Source of the DNA: Eledone cirrhosa | Lineage: Eukaryota | DNA: 64,000 bases | Assembly (NCBI GenBank): GCA_964016885.1 | Contig: OZ024744.1 | Location: forward strand, 89,032,001-89,096,000 | Direction: 5' to 3' | Shown: one piece after another, positions 1 to 15,368 of the stretch | Numbering within the stretch: position 1 is the first letter of the stretch | How the letters are laid out: each line of letters starts with the position of its first letter | Position numbers and translations under genes: made by a program | Notes under the pieces: generated by a model | The model's input: the letters and a program-made list of their open reading frames with translations, nothing else | Databases searched by the model: none | Told to the model about the DNA's origin: nothing

Positions 1-122
1 TCTTTAGGCGTTGAAATGTCCAAGACTCCCGGCAGACAATTGATGAAGGAAAATTTTCTCCCGTTCTTGCTTTCCTCTTTTTATAAGTACACCTTATGCA
101 GCAACTACATAGCCCGTTTATT

Positions 123-124
<2 letters not shown>

Positions 125-179
<55 letters not shown>
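125..179. repeat. (TA)n microsatellite (others at 444-542, 1250-1320, 17298-17406, 24186-24254, 26249-26348)
   Basis: Direct reading; these tracts flank the HHR/Penelope-type elements. Confidence 0.98.
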
Positions 180-1365
<1,186 letters not shown>

Positions 1366-1377
1366 GAGCGAGGGAGA

Positions 1378-1570
1378 GAAATTGCTTCTACAGGACTAGA
1401 ACTTTTTCATTCGAAGGAAATCATCAGGAAAGCGCTTTCCTGCTGATTTCCTTCGAATGAAAAAATTATAGTCCTGTAGAAGCAATTTATATATAAAATT
1501 TATTTGTATGCACTAATGTATTGAGTACCTTACTTACTGTGGTTACCCCTGATTGAACCCGGGACTCATA
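1378..1570 (+). mobile_element. Non-autonomous HHR hairpin element family C
   Basis: Near-perfect palindrome 1379-1488 centred on gaaagcgctttc. Minus arm CTGATGA-t-ttc cttc gaa-t-GAAA; plus arm CTGCTGA. Tail 1489-1570; homolog at 27341-27466. Confidence 0.65.
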
Positions 1571-1577
1571 TACATAC

Positions 1578-1578
1578 G

Positions 1579-1626
<48 letters not shown>

Positions 1627-1695
1627 TGTGTGTGTGTGTGTGTCTGTGTGTGTGTGTGTGTGTGTGTATGTGTGTGTGAATGTGTGTGTGTGCGT
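1578..1695. repeat. (GT)n microsatellite
   Basis: Direct reading. Confidence 0.97.
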
Positions 1696-1776
1696 GAACT
1701 TATGGGATTGGTCTATCACTTGATCTTATTTATGAATATAAATTAATATATGAATATGTGGGTGAAAAAGAAAGTA

Positions 1777-2142
1777 TACGAGGCTGGGCTGAAATGTTCA
1801 TAGGCTGATTATAAAGGAATGACGCTAAAGCTGAGAAGTCTTGCATGCATTAATTTGAACTTTTCGTCTTAATAACTACATTGTTTTTTAAGGAAAAATG
1901 ACATCTGACGTTCAAAAAGACATCAAAATTAACCAGTATCGGAATGATGATGACGTCAAGTCTGCTGTTGATGACTTTTAACCAATAGGATGAAAGCTTC
2001 TTCACCAATTGGATCCAAGCAGTGCAATACTGGTGAAACAAGTGTATAGATGACAAGGGGGATTATGTTGAAAAATAAACCTCATTTGGTCACATTCCAT
2101 GAGAGTATCTTGGTCACCCTATGAACTATTCAGCTGACCGTC
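1777..2142 (+). mobile_element. Internally deleted mariner/Tc1 derivative (MITE-like)
   Basis: TA then TACGAGG..ctgaaatgttcataggctga TIR, imperfect inverse at ~2113-2142; transposase C-terminus relic KC.D.KGDYVEK* at ~2041-2078. Confidence 0.75.
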
Positions 2143-2291
2143 AGGGGTATGTTATCTTGTGCCAAAAGTAGAAACATTATTCAATAAAGAAACCTATCGT
2201 TTTAAGCCCACAAATACATAGATGTAGATATATGCATTCTTACACGTCGTGATCCAGCATGCTCACACACAAGCGCGTGTGCACTATGCTC

Positions 2292-2355
<64 letters not shown>

Positions 2356-2389
2356 TCATCATCATCATCATCTTATTATTATTATTATC

Positions 2390-5300
2390 ATTTTTATTTT
2401 CTTTCATTATTGTTTCTGAGATATATGCCGAGTGTCTTCCTGACACCTAGGGCAAATAAATTCACAGTGTGCATTGGTAAGCCAGTTAATACAGCACATT
2501 GATTATAATTTTAAAAAACAACAACAGTATACATATATACACATGTGCATATGCATATGTAAATACAAGGAGGGTTATCAATCTTACATAGATAGTGCTC
2601 TTCTCAATACGTGTGCAGTACCAAACAAAACAATTTTTTGCACCTCGTGCAGAGAGGGTAAACCAGGAATCATTCGCAAATATTGTTCTTTTTCTTTCTT
2701 GATCATTTCCAGTCCTCCCACAATCACTGGTATTGTAACGGCCTTGAGGTGCCACATTTTCTCAATTTCAATAAGCAGATCTTTATATTTTCGTAGCTTG
2801 TCAAATTATTTTGACGCGATATTGTGATCACATGGGATGCTCATATCTATGAACAAACAGACCTTGTTATGTTGATCTTTTACAATGATGTCAGGTCTAT
2901 TTGCTTTTATGGTCCTGTCAGTATGTACAGGAAAATCCCAGGTAATTGTTACTTTTTCTCCTTCAGTTACAGCTTCAAGGTGATGATTGTACCACTCGTC
3001 TTCAGCTTTGATTTTGTAATGCCGACATATTACCCAGTGTAGATGTTGGCCAACTCTGTCATGTCTATATTTGTATTCTACTGGTGCTAAAACACTGTTT
3101 CAACCTCAGCATTGCAGAATCGGCACTTTGGGTTTATTCCGTTTCTCATCACATTGGCCTGGCAATTACGAGTCAATAAGCTTTGATCTTGAGCAGCTAA
3201 GATGAAGCCTTCACTCTCCACCTTTGCCCTGAACTACGTAGCCACTGATGGGTGTGCTTTTGGTCAACATCAGCTTGTTTGCTACTGGCCACATATTTGC
3301 CATGCAGAGGTTTTTGCTCCCAATTTGATGCTAATTGTCCTTGCCCTTTTGCTTTTGCCAGTGATTGTATGTGCCTAGCAGCAGCAGTTGCAACAGTTTC
3401 TCTAGTCTGTCCAGCCTGGGTATCAAGCATGAGATCAGTAACATATTTTTTTCTCTCCTTCAAGATAGGATTAAGCTTCTTACTTCTCTCATGCTTTTCA
3501 ACAAGTTTCAGCATACAGTCGTTAGTTGTTTCAAGGTATTTGGCCAGTCCAATGATGGTGGTCTTGTAAGCAAGTTCAAATTGGATTAAGCAACGGCCTC
3601 CTTGAGTTCTAGGAAGGTAAAGACGATTCACACCTGCTTTTGGGTGGTGCATCCTATTACAGGTCAGTAGCTTACGGACTTTGGTGTCGAATCTTTTGAT
3701 TTCACTCATATTCCAGTTCAACACACCGAAGCTATAAGTGACAACTGGGACTGTCAAGGTATTTATGGCTAGCACCTTGTTACGAACGTTTAGTTCTGAT
3801 CTCAGAACTGCACGTACTCTCCTGTAACATTTTCTCCTTATCCTCTCTTTCATACTTGCATGCTGTATGCCAGAGCCCTCATTAATCCCTAAGTATTTAT
3901 AGGTTTGTTCCTGCTCAAGTTCCTTTATGATTGTTTCAGCATCCGATTCAACTGAGTCTGAGTTGACAAGCTTCCCCTTCTTGAAAGTGGCTTTTGCACA
4001 CTTGTCAAGTCCAAACTCCATCCTGATGTCATCGCTAAACGTTTTTACTGTCCGCAAAAGGCCTTCCAGTTCGTCATTATCTTTGCAATATAGCTTCAAA
4101 TCATCCATATAAAATAGGTGGCTTATTTTTGTTGTTGTCAATTCTATAACTGTACCTTGTTCTATTAAGTTCGGATGTAAGGGGTATTAAAGCTATGCAG
4201 AAAAGCAAGGGTGAAAGTGAGTCACCCTGGAATATACTGCAGTTGATGTTTATATTCCTAGAGCACAGTACCCCAGTGGAATGAGACAATTGGAGATTTG
4301 TATTCCATAATGACATATTGCTTCAGGAAGTCTGAGATCACAGGTGAGATTTTGAAGATGTCCAGTGATTTCAGAATCCATGACTGTCAAAGGTTTTTTT
4401 TATAATCGATCCATGCAGAACTGAGATTTCTGTGTTTATTATGACAGTTCTCAAAGATCATACGATTAATCAAAAGTTGATCTTTGCAACCATATGAACC
4501 TCGTCGGCACCCTTTTTGTTCAATGGGGAAAAGATTGTTCTCCTCCAAAAACACGTATGCTTTTTCCATGAGAATAGAGGTTAATAGTTTATAAGTGGTG
4601 GACAAGCAGGTTATGGGCCGATAGTTTTTTTTATCTTTGGTTTCGTTGTTCTTTGGTAGAAGGTAGGTAATGCCACTTGTTATCCAATAAGGTGTATTTT
4701 TTGGATCTTTCATAATTCCATTAAACAGCTTGACCAATATATTGTGAGTGCACGGGAGTGAGGACAGCCAGAAATTTGGCACCCTGTCTCTACCAGGAGA
4801 TTTCCATTTATGAGATTTATTGAGTGCTGTCCTTAAGTCCACTATAGAGATGTCTTGCCACGCCTGTTCTTCTAAATTTGTGTAGGATTTTTCCAGGTGA
4901 CTAATCCAATCTACATTAGCATTATATGTCTTCTCATCACTCCAAATCTTACTCCAGAAGTTTTCAACTTCTTCTATGGACGGGGTCTTCAATCATTTTT
5001 TTTTCTTCCCTACTTCTCTATAAAATGACTTGGCATTGGATGAGAACAACTTATTTTGCCTGTAGAAGTTGTTTCGCTTCTCGAATCTACGAATTCGTTG
5101 GGCTTTTACTTGGACTTTTTGTTTCAGAGATTCTTTTGTTGAAACTATTGCTTCTCTAGAAGACAGTCCATATTTTCTCTTTAGCTTTCTTACCCTCTTG
5201 GATCTTATATCATTTCCAGCGGTTAACTCACTCAATAAAGACATTTCTCCTCTCATTACGTCAATCTCCTTTTCGATTCTACTCCTCCAAATTGGTTTAC

Positions 5301-6320
5301 CTCGAAGGTTCGACATTTTTGTTTTTTTTATGGTAAACAACTTGTTTCAATTACTCTAGCAGATGCATAAATGATTTCATTTAACTCAGTAAGATCAGGT
5401 TCTAGTTCTTCTATGATTTATTTTGTCACAGAATTACCAATCATTATTTGTTTTCTACTTTGGATTGTATTTGGGAGTTTTTGAAGTGGTTCTCTATCAT
5501 TTATACTAGAATGTCTTACTACTGCAAGCTCATTCAGTATTTTTTTATTTAATTCCTTCATAGTCTCCCCGCGTTCTTCAGCAGATGTTTGGTTTTCAAT
5601 TACTGTTTCTAAGTCCCTCTCCTGGCTATTTTCAGCAGGTTCAATAGGGCTTCTCATTTCTACAAACCTATTTGTGATTTGGTCAGATGGAGATCTTTCA
5701 GTAAAGACTTGTGACTGGTTACTACCTCCAGGAGATTCTACAGTTCTTTCATCATTTATATTTATGTCATTCTCCACAGCCTGCTTGATCGCAGTTGGTT
5801 CAGTGTCTGTGAGTCTATTATTTCTGAAGACATACCTCCTTACATTTGCCAACTTATTTCCATCCATATCATGTGTTGCTAGCTTGATTCCGAGTTTTCC
5901 AGATTTTGTAGGAGTTTAAAGTGTGTCTGTCTTGTGATGGCTTACCTAATGCATAGTAATATGCATATATTACTTCTTTATACTCTTCTCGGGTCCATTT
6001 CATCCTTTTAGGGTTTTCTCTTTGAGGTGGTTTGGGTCGTGGATCTGGAGGGCTCGAGTTGGGGCAATCCCCGATCAAGTGACCATCCAGGTCCATAATT
6101 GGAGAAGAGTTTGTGCCAGAGGAGGACTTTTCGATCTCAGGTTGGCACCTTTCTGAGGGACGCGCTTCCAGATTAACCATAGGAAAAGCGATTTGGTATT
6201 GTGTATTAATTTTTATTTGTTCATCTCGCAGTACATGCTTGCGTTACGCATGGTATTGGACGTACATGGAAAGTTGCCCGGCTCTTTGGGTAGTGCATTT
6301 GCTGGCTGGGACTGAGATCA
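2390..6320 (-). mobile_element. R4/Dong-clade RLE non-LTR retrotransposon, near full length, degraded
   Basis: Frameshifted ORF pieces: KWTREEYKEVIYAYY (5869-6180), YRPITCL..EQKG..WIDYKK (4387-4992), IFQGDSLSPLLF, HLFYMDDLKLY (3197-4141), C-terminal GTAHVLRRALSM* at ~2584; degenerate (TAA)n at both ends. Confidence 0.85.
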
Positions 6321-7062
6321 TTATTACTATTATAACAATATAATTATGGTCATTGCTGTTGTTGATTGAGGTGATATTGTTATGGTTGCAGCTGTAAAAG
6401 GTGTACGAGAATTTTCTCAACTGTTCTTGTGGTGTGAGTGGTGTTGGTGGTGGTGGCATGGAGATTTAATGCTGGGGTGGGGGTGCTGGGAGTGGTAGTG
6501 GGTAGGATGACATTGTAGCTTATAGGAGTTGCTTCTCCGATGTTATTTTCAGTCTATTTTGAGTTTGAGGTGTAAATGGGGTGCTAGTATTCTTTTTTCT
6601 TCCCCTTTGTTTTGTCCTTTATGTGGACTCCATACACATACATAATATACATTCACATGTGCATACTTATACACACGTATGTATATACACACATATATAT
6701 ATACCCACACATTAGACACAGAGAAGGGAGGTACGTAGCAGTCAGTGACAGTAGTCTAAAAATAGCATGGGGATTTACTGGTGTGAATGTGTGAGGAAGT
6801 GGTTGTGAATGTGGTGGTGGGAGAGAGAATTGATCTTTCAACTGTCCATTTTCCTTTCAAAATCCGAAATTTAGCCACAATCGACCAAAATGTAAAAAAA
6901 GAAAATTGTATAAGGGAAATATTAAAAAATATATATGCACTTTTCACATTTTCAGCCACAGAGATGATTGCATAATAATTAGTTGGATTTTTTATTAAAC
7001 AGAACTTATCCCCCGAAATAAACAGTGTGTTTTCCGATCTATGTCTGATTCTTTTCTTCAAA

Positions 7063-7248
7063 TAATTGTTTCTACTTTTGGCATAAGGCCAGCAATTACA
7101 CAATGCATTACTGGTACTTTATTTTATCGACCCCGTAAGGATGAAAGGCAAAGTCAACCTCGGCGGGATTTGAACTCAGATCGTTAAGGGACGTAACTAT
7201 GCTGGAAAGCATGGCATCCGACCCTCTACCGATATTGCCAATCCACCG
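7063..7248 (-). mobile_element. tRNA-derived SINE
   Basis: A box TGGCAATATCGG, B box GAGTTCAAATCCC, core ctttgcctttcatccttacggggtcgataaaataaagtaccagt; at least 7 copies in the window. Confidence 0.85.
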
Positions 7249-7806
7249 ATGTAAACAGCGATAGTTATGGGTAAATATATAAAAATATTTATGCAGTTCT
7301 CACAACTAGTTTCACATTTTTTGCAGAGATAAGTGGTGAAATAATTTGTCGAATTTTTGTGTTAGGGAATACCAAATTAAACAAAACTTACTCCTCGAAA
7401 TAACCAACGTGTGTCGTCCGATCTACGACTGTTTCTCTTCTTCAAATAGTTTTTTTCTTTAAGTTCAAAGAGCGAACGTCTGTATATCTGCATGTTTGTT
7501 TTGTGTACATTTTTCGTTGTGTTTATACTACATGTATATGTAATATAATCAATAGAGTTTGTTACTTGCATATATCGTTTTTTTCTTTTTGTTTTGATTT
7601 ACAATTCTGAGTAGTGGTGCGGCTGATATTCGGTTTCTTTATTTACACGTGTGGTCCGTTATTTTAATGAAGAAAATTATGTTATAAGGACGATCCGTGT
7701 ACAAAATTTATTTTTTGTAGGCTTCTTTGGTATTCGTCCATTATGTTTCCACTTCGTTTTCTTAGTGTTTTTATTATTGTTTTCTCGATGGTGTTCGATT
7801 CATTTC

Positions 7807-7843
<37 letters not shown>

Positions 7844-8630
7844 GTTCTTTGAGTCTGTCATTGGTGTTATTTAACTAGAAAGTTTGTTGAAATGAATTTC
7901 AAGCAACTACCTGCAGCCTCAGATATTCAGGACGTATCGGAGGGTTCTTGCTGTTCCCAGCAAGCATGCCTTTTGAAGTGTTCCAAAAAGCGGAGCGAGA
8001 CAAATTTTCTTTAACCATCCTTGGAAACTCTTTGAGAGAGTACGTAGTGCGCCTATGACAATCGGGACCACTTTGACCTCATGGCAGTTCCAAATCCTTT
8101 TTACCTCCCACTTTAAGTCCTGGTATCGGTTAATTTTCTCCCTCTCCTCTTGCATTCTTGTGTCGAATGGGCAGGCTACATCCACAATCAGGCACAATCT
8201 TTTTCCCTTGTCCAAAACCACCAGGTCAGGTCTATTGTGTTCCAGTTTCTTGTCCGTCTGTATCCTAAAATCCCACAGCACCTTCACCTGATCGTTTTCT
8301 ATCAGCGACTCTGGCTTATGCTCATACCACTTCTCAGAATGTGGTAAATAGTTTACTTTGCATAGGTGCCAGTGGATCACCCTGCCCATCACATCATGTC
8401 TCCAGGCAAGGTGTTTATACTCGGATACAATGTGAGCCACAGTCTCCTCTCTCTCTCTCCACAGATCCTACACAGTGGGCTAGCTTCCTCCTTGTAAATA
8501 TGGTGTTTCAACCACTTCGTTGTGAGAGCCTGCTCTTGCGCAGCCATCAGCATTCTTTCTGTAGCATTTTTAAGGTCTCCTCTTTTCAACCATTTCCATG
8601 TCTGTGGATCTCTGAATTCCGTTTTCAAAA
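7844..8630 (-). mobile_element. R4/Dong 3' fragment (zinc finger plus restriction-like endonuclease), same family as 53137-55527
   Basis: CRICGE, RHD, HNRPDLVV..DVACP motifs; flanked by (ATT)n 7808-7843 and 8656-8732. Confidence 0.9.
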
Positions 8631-8652
8631 GAAGATACTATGAAAGGATTTT

Positions 8653-8732
<80 letters not shown>

Positions 8733-11700
8733 GGCGACCTACGTAGTAAATCGTATCATCGTGAGCTCCGCAAAGGTTTGTTATTTTCAGTTATTTAAAA
8801 TTGCCATTCATGAAACATTTTTATTGTTAACTGTATATAAGTGCACATACATTGATTTCTGAAAAGGACACTCAAAAATATTGGGGCCTTGAGCCCAAAA
8901 TTTAAACTTTTGATAATTATCAAACAAAAAAAATTTCTTTGAAAAATCATGGCCGACTCAGAGTCACACCTTCCTCACAAATTAACACCTCACACCGACA
9001 CCACCATTGTAAATATTACTACGTTTGCCAACACTAAAAATATAAGCAGTAGCAATATTTTAAATTTTTCTCAGGCAGACATGCATTTCCCGCCATTACC
9101 AATGACTGCAGGTGTTAAAGCCGCCACCCCCACCACCACCACCGCGACCACCACCACAGCGATAACAGAAACAAAAGAAAAAAATAAATTAACTCGTGAT
9201 ATCGAAATGAATTCAACCAAAATGAACCCTTCCACACCGAACACCACTGACGCCACCACCACCACCACAACTGAAACTAAAATTAACAATAGCAAAAATA
9301 ACGATAATTACAACAGCAACAATGAAATTAAGAAAACCACCCTGAGTTTTGCCAGAGTAGCAAATACATGCGAATCGATCCAGGTAACTCAGGAGGAATT
9401 AGAAGAAGCCAAAGGAATGGTAAAGAAAGATGGGTACAGGGTCAGCCTCCCCCCCCCCCGAGAACACTCCATGGCCCCATTAAGAAGTGACGACTTCACA
9501 CTCATCCCAAGCTATTGTGGCCAGAGACTTGTGAAAATCAGGGTGACCCACGTTCCACCGGCCATCGAAATTCCCTGGCTAATGGATGCCGTCCTCGCCG
9601 GCATCGAGGCCAACACCAAAATAATAGAAATAGCAAAAGAAAAGCAGGAGAACTGGTACGGATCTGGGATGGAGCTCCTGATCCAAGCGGACCATAAAAG
9701 CATTGAGGAGATCCCAGAGGTAATAGACCTCACTGACGGCAGCCACCTCACCGTAATCGTCGAGAGCAGAAGACCTAGGTGTGTCGTTTGTGGTGAAGGA
9801 ACCCACCTAAGGGATTTCTGCCCTCAGGCTAAAAGGTTGAGGCCACCTCTCTTACCCACCCCAGTGACTCAACCAGCAACACCACCAGCAGCAGAAATAG
9901 CAGCAACAACTGTAGCAGCAACAACAGAAGCAACTGTAACAGCAACAACCTCAGAAACAGTAGCAAAACCAACACCACCACCACCCAACGCCCCAGAACT
10001 AGCACCAGCGCCTACACCATCCACCACGCCACAACCAAAACCAACGCCTGTGGAGGATTTTCCACTCCCCGGCTTATCGCAACTGGAGACAGATTGTGAC
10101 GACGAGGAGTGGGAAACGGTATCAGGAAAAAAGAAAAAAAGAAACCAAAAAAGAAAAAATTCTCTTCCTTCCCCCTCCAAAAACAAAATACAGAGGGAAA
10201 TAAATAAATTATCGAACAAGAAAGTTAAGACATATATGCCACCATCCACACCAGCATCACCAGCCCCATCACAACAAACACCAACACCATCACCATCATT
10301 AACCCCAAAACCACCATCGCCAACACCACAAAAGTCACCAAAAAGCGTAACAGAAACAAGCCCACAACAAACGCAAACAAAACAAAACAACCAAAACGAT
10401 ACACAGTACACAGCATTAAATTTGAACAACAACCAATTATTACACTACATGCAACACAACACCAACATCACAGAAAAATACTACACAACAGCCCAAAAGT
10501 TCACACCATCGTTACCTAGCGGCAGTCCTGAGGGCGGCTGGCTTTGGGCCCGTCTTCAGAGGCTGGATCGCTGCCATGCACAACGACATATGCTCTGTAG
10601 TGAGAGTGAACGGTCACCTTTCGGAACCGGTCAACATCATGCGCTCGGTCCGCCAAGGATGTCCCCTCTCGTCCCTATTGTACGTATTGACTCTCGTGCA
10701 ATTATTGCACGAACTGGAGACGTTGAGGGGGGTCCCGCGCGAACTAGGATGCGGAAGATCCGTGTCAGCATATGCGGACGATGTCACCGTAGTGGTGTCG
10801 AACGCCAAACACATCGAGGCGATCGGCACTACACTAAGAGAATACGAAGCGGTGACAGGGGCAATGATCAACCAGGAAAAGTCAGTCGGCCTGCAGCTCG
10901 GCACCTGGAGAGGCAGGTCCATGCCGTCCAACAGCGTCGTCGGGCGCTGGACGGACGAACCGGTTAAATTGCTCGGGGTCTGGTTCGGTCCAGACCTCCA
11001 GACGGACAAAAACTGGGACGAGGTGATGAGCAGGGTGGCTTCTCTCACCCAGAAATGGGCCGAGAGGAAGCTATCCCTGAAAGGTCGAGCGGAGGTGGCT
11101 AACGCGTACATCGCGTCCGTCATCTACTACCGCCTGACCGTCGTACCTTGTCCTAAGCCCCGCCTGACTGCGTTGGAGCGTTTGCTCTTTCGCTTCTTGT
11201 GGAAGGGACGCGCTCCGATGGTCAGGCAGTCCATCTGCTGTCAACACCCACTACGTGGAGGGCTGGGCATGCCGTGGCTGATGATGCGCAGACACGCGCT
11301 CAGGCTACGACATCTCCACCTCTTCCTCGACGGTGATCAGGTGTGGTTGCCGTTTGCTAGACACGTTTTTCCCCAGCTCGTCTCCTTGACGGGTCTGCAG
11401 TCCTGGGTCAAGCGAAGACCGAGAGGGAGCGCTTGGAGACTGGAATGTCTTCAGGCGCTCACAGCCCTCGACCAATCGGGCAATGTGATCGGTGGAATCT
11501 CCACCTTGGCGTTCTATAGGGGATTAGTGGAGGGGAAGAGCGACGACGTACTTGGAGAAACTCTAGGCGTCGACGAAAATCAACTAGCCAATCTCTTCGG
11601 AAGGACTTTCGGGCCGGGGCCTATGGACAACTTCCAGAAATCGTTGGCCTGGCAGTGCTACCGAGGAGCTTTGCCAGTTCGGGATAAACTCTACAGGCAT

Positions 11701-12378
11701 GGAGGTGCCGTCAGCCGGGCATGTCCGAGATGCGCGCAGGGCGACGAAACCGTCCTGCACGCACTCGTCCAGTGTCCGAGCATTGCTGACTTGTGGGTTT
11801 ATGTCGAACACCTGCTGTCGCGTTTAGGACGGATCCAGCTATCAGCTGAGTCCATCGTGAGGATTGCCCCACCCCCTTCCTTTAGCCTGGAAGGGCAGGC
11901 AGTTTTTATCTGTCTGGTGGCCATGGCGAAAGAGATAGTATGGTGGACACGTTTGAAAAGGCTGAAGACGAGCACTTACCTCTTCGGTGATGCCCTGATT
12001 AACTTTTTCAAATTTCATTTGAAAAGGAAAATCAGGGTAGAGAGGGAAGTGCTCTCTTCCCAGCATTTTGTTGAAAGATGGGTGAGAGAAGCAAGTATGG
12101 CCCGAATGAATGGGCCTTCTCTGAGTATGTGTCTGTAAATTAAAGGTGGAAAACTGGGAGAGGGCACTTGCCCTGGTGGTCAGGGCCACTGTGGTCTTTT
12201 AATGGGCTTTCTCCACAAATGTCCCTTGGAAGTCTCCCCCCTATTGGGGAATTTTTCTTTGTTATTTTATTTCAACCTCTGTTTTTTTACACGCAGAAAT
12301 GCCCATTTGTACCGTCCTGTATTGTCCTGTACTGTCCTTAATGTCTACTTTATGTGAACCCTTGTGGTTAATAAAGAA

Positions 12379-12381
<3 letters not shown>
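8733..12381 (+). mobile_element. Tx1-like L1-clade LINE, subfamily A copy 1 (internal deletion removing APE and the N-terminal RT)
   Basis: 5'UTR GGCGACCTACG after (ATT)n; ORF1 with CX2CX4HX4C (CVVCGEGTHLRDFC); jump at ~10505 into RT; QGCPLS, YADD, zf-RVT; AATAAA then (ATT)n tail. Confidence 0.92.
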
Positions 12382-12412
<31 letters not shown>

Positions 12413-12854
12413 TTATTAATATATATATATATATATATATGTGTGTGTATATATGTATGAATGTATGAATATATATATATATATATACAATATTAAATAA
12501 ATGGAAAACTATATTTATAAAACCATATTTATTTCATTATATATATTTCGGGGATATCATATTAACAATATGCTATGCCTTCATCAGACAAAATACAATA
12601 TAAACAGTTTTATAGATAAATATATTCGACATACCGTAATAAACATCGACTTCCTTTGAAGAGGTTTACGCTAGCAGTGAAAATACAGAGAGAAAGAAAG
12701 AGAGAAAAAAAAGAGAGAAAAAAGAAAGAAAGACAAAACAAAGAAAAGGAAGAAAAAGAAGAAAGAGAAAAAGAAGAAATGCATGGAACAAAATAGAGAG
12801 ATGGAAAAATAGATAAAGCGAAGAGCTTCATGTAAAGAAACAGAAAGAGATATA

Positions 12855-12910
<56 letters not shown>

Positions 12911-13041
12911 GAGAGAGAGAGATATATATACATATATATATATATAGAGAGAGAGAGAGAGGAAATAGAGATAGATACATATATATATATAGAAAATTAG
13001 GTAGTGGGAGGTCATTTTGAGTAAGTGTATCAATGATACAT

Positions 13042-13092
<51 letters not shown>

Positions 13093-13257
13093 GCTCAAGT
13101 ATTAATGTAAGGGAGATATATAGAGAGATATAGAGAGATATAGAGAGAGAAAAAAAATTAAAAATAGCCAGACATATTCGAGGCGTAGAAAACCCTATGT
13201 TTTAATGTATTAGTATTTATAAAACTTACACTATATTGTAAATATCAGTATTCCTGA

Positions 13258-15368
13258 ATCAGGTGGCGTGCATTCCACTTTGATAAATCTAATGCAGACG
13301 AAAATATCTCGGACTTAAACAAAGTTTTCAAATCTAAAAGAAATCCACCCCCTAACAAACTTTTATCTGACTTTGAAAACGATATAATTTCTATCATACA
13401 AGGGGTCAAATTCAAGAGAAACTTTAAAGGCCAGGAATATCTGAAAGGCATTAAGGATAACATTGAGAGCTTAGAGAAAACTGAGAAGATCTTGGTGAAA
13501 TCTGACAAGACCAACAACCTCTATGGAGTGCGGAAAGACATGTATAATGGCCTCATACTGAAAGAGCTGAGGAAAAAGTACAAGGTAGCAGATAAGGCCG
13601 AACTTGAGAAAATGAATGTTGAAGCATCTTGTATAATGCATGAGTTGGAAATTGAGAACAGAACACAACCTTTCGTGCCCAGGAAACCGAAGATCAATAT
13701 GAAGGACCACAAGAGGAATTTTGAAAATGACCTGCCAGTTAGATTGATCGCACCTTCAAAATCGGACCTGGGCAAATTAAGCAAAAACATTCTTGACAGG
13801 GTGATACAGCAAATTAAGAACTTGGATTGTGTATCTAACCTGAGCTTGTGGAAGGGAACTGGAGAGGTTGTTGAGTGGTTTAGGCAAATTAAATATAACA
13901 ATAATAATAGGTTTATTCAACTTGATATAGCTAACTATTATTCTTCTATTACCCCTAGTCTACTAAATAAGGCACTAAATTACGCATTCAAACATACGGA
14001 CCTAACTAGCAAAGAAATGCATATTATATTATCGGCTAGGAAAACTTTGATAGAATTTAATGACAAATTATGGACCAGAACAGATAGAGATAGCAATTTT
14101 GACATAACTATGGGATCTTCCGACTCAGCTCAGGTAACTGACCTTGTGGTCTTATTTTTAATCAATTCGCTACATAGGAAAATACCTGGTACTACCGGAG
14201 GTTTATATAGGGATGACATGCTTTTACTTATTAATAATAATAACCCTGAACTAAATAGAAAATGTAAACAAATTACAAAATTTTTTAATTACTTTAACCT
14301 TAAAATAGAAATTGAGAACAACCATAGAATAGTCAATTTCCTAGATATAACATTAAATCTCAACACATGTCTCCACTATCCTTTTCACAAGTTGAATGAA
14401 AACTTAAACTATGTCAACTTTAACTCTAACCACCCCAGATCTGTCAAAAACACTATAGTAAACTCAGTCCAAAAACGTATCTCTAGGATCTCGTCGAATA
14501 GAAAGATTTTTGACGAAAAGGCCCAGTACTATAATGAGGCACTAGCTAGGGCAGGGTATGCTGATAAGATTGTGTACATAGATAATGATAGACAAACTAA
14601 ACAAAGTAACAACTTTTTTAATTACGGCAACAACATTAACAACTATAATAGAAAGCATTACAATAATTCCAAAGGACAAAAAAGAAATAGAACTAGGAAC
14701 ATAATTTGGTTTGCCCTCCCCCTTTCTCACTAAACATTAAAACCCACATCGCTAAATTATTTTTCAAAGCTCTTGATAATCGCTTCCCTAGAACACATAG
14801 GTATCACTCAATCTTCAATAGGCATACAATTAAATTAACCTACTCATCCACCAAAAATTTAGCACAAAATATTAATAGAATAAATAATAGGAACTTAAAA
14901 CCTACTGATAATAGCATAAATAATATACAAGTTAACAAATGTAACTGTAGAGATAGATCTAAATGTCCGTTAAATAACAACTGCTTAGTTAAAAATATAG
15001 TATACAATTGTAATGTTAATACTGACTCTAATTCTTTTAACTACGTCGGTTCCACATCGACGGAATTTAAACTTCGCTATAATAACCACAAGAATTCTTT
15101 CACAGATCCAAATAAAAAATCTTCAACGGTACTATCAGGCGCACTCTGGCAACTTAAGCTAGATAACGTTAGATATTCGACGGCTTGGAATATAGTCTCA
15201 AGAGGGATTCCTTTTAATTCATCCTCTGAGACATGTGACCTCTGCGCAGAGGAGATATTCTTTATACTAAAATCTAAAAATTCCCTTAACCTACGGACAA
15301 ATTTATTCAGTTGTTGCAAACATAGATTAAACTCAATGTTTAAATATAAATTTAAATTTAAAATGTAG
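13258..15368 (+). pseudogene. PLE RT-GIY-YIG ORF, 5'-truncated, one frameshift at ~14712-14725
   Basis: IRWRAFHF at the pLTR junction, SDKT, QLDIANYYSSI, MGS.DSA, LYRDD, NFLDITL, SNHP, CNC..CP..C, NIVY..YVG..R..H, CDLC..CKH. Confidence 0.88.

Noticed and set aside
35-75. ttgatgaaggaaaattttctcc as an HHR relic
   Set aside because: No GAAA or stem III follows; too partial
6180-6320. HDV-like ribozyme at the Dong 5' end
   Set aside because: Known in some R2/R4 elements, but I could not build the double pseudoknot by eye
8949-10967. 672-aa novel protein
   Set aside because: ORF1 running out of frame into RT sequence across a deletion
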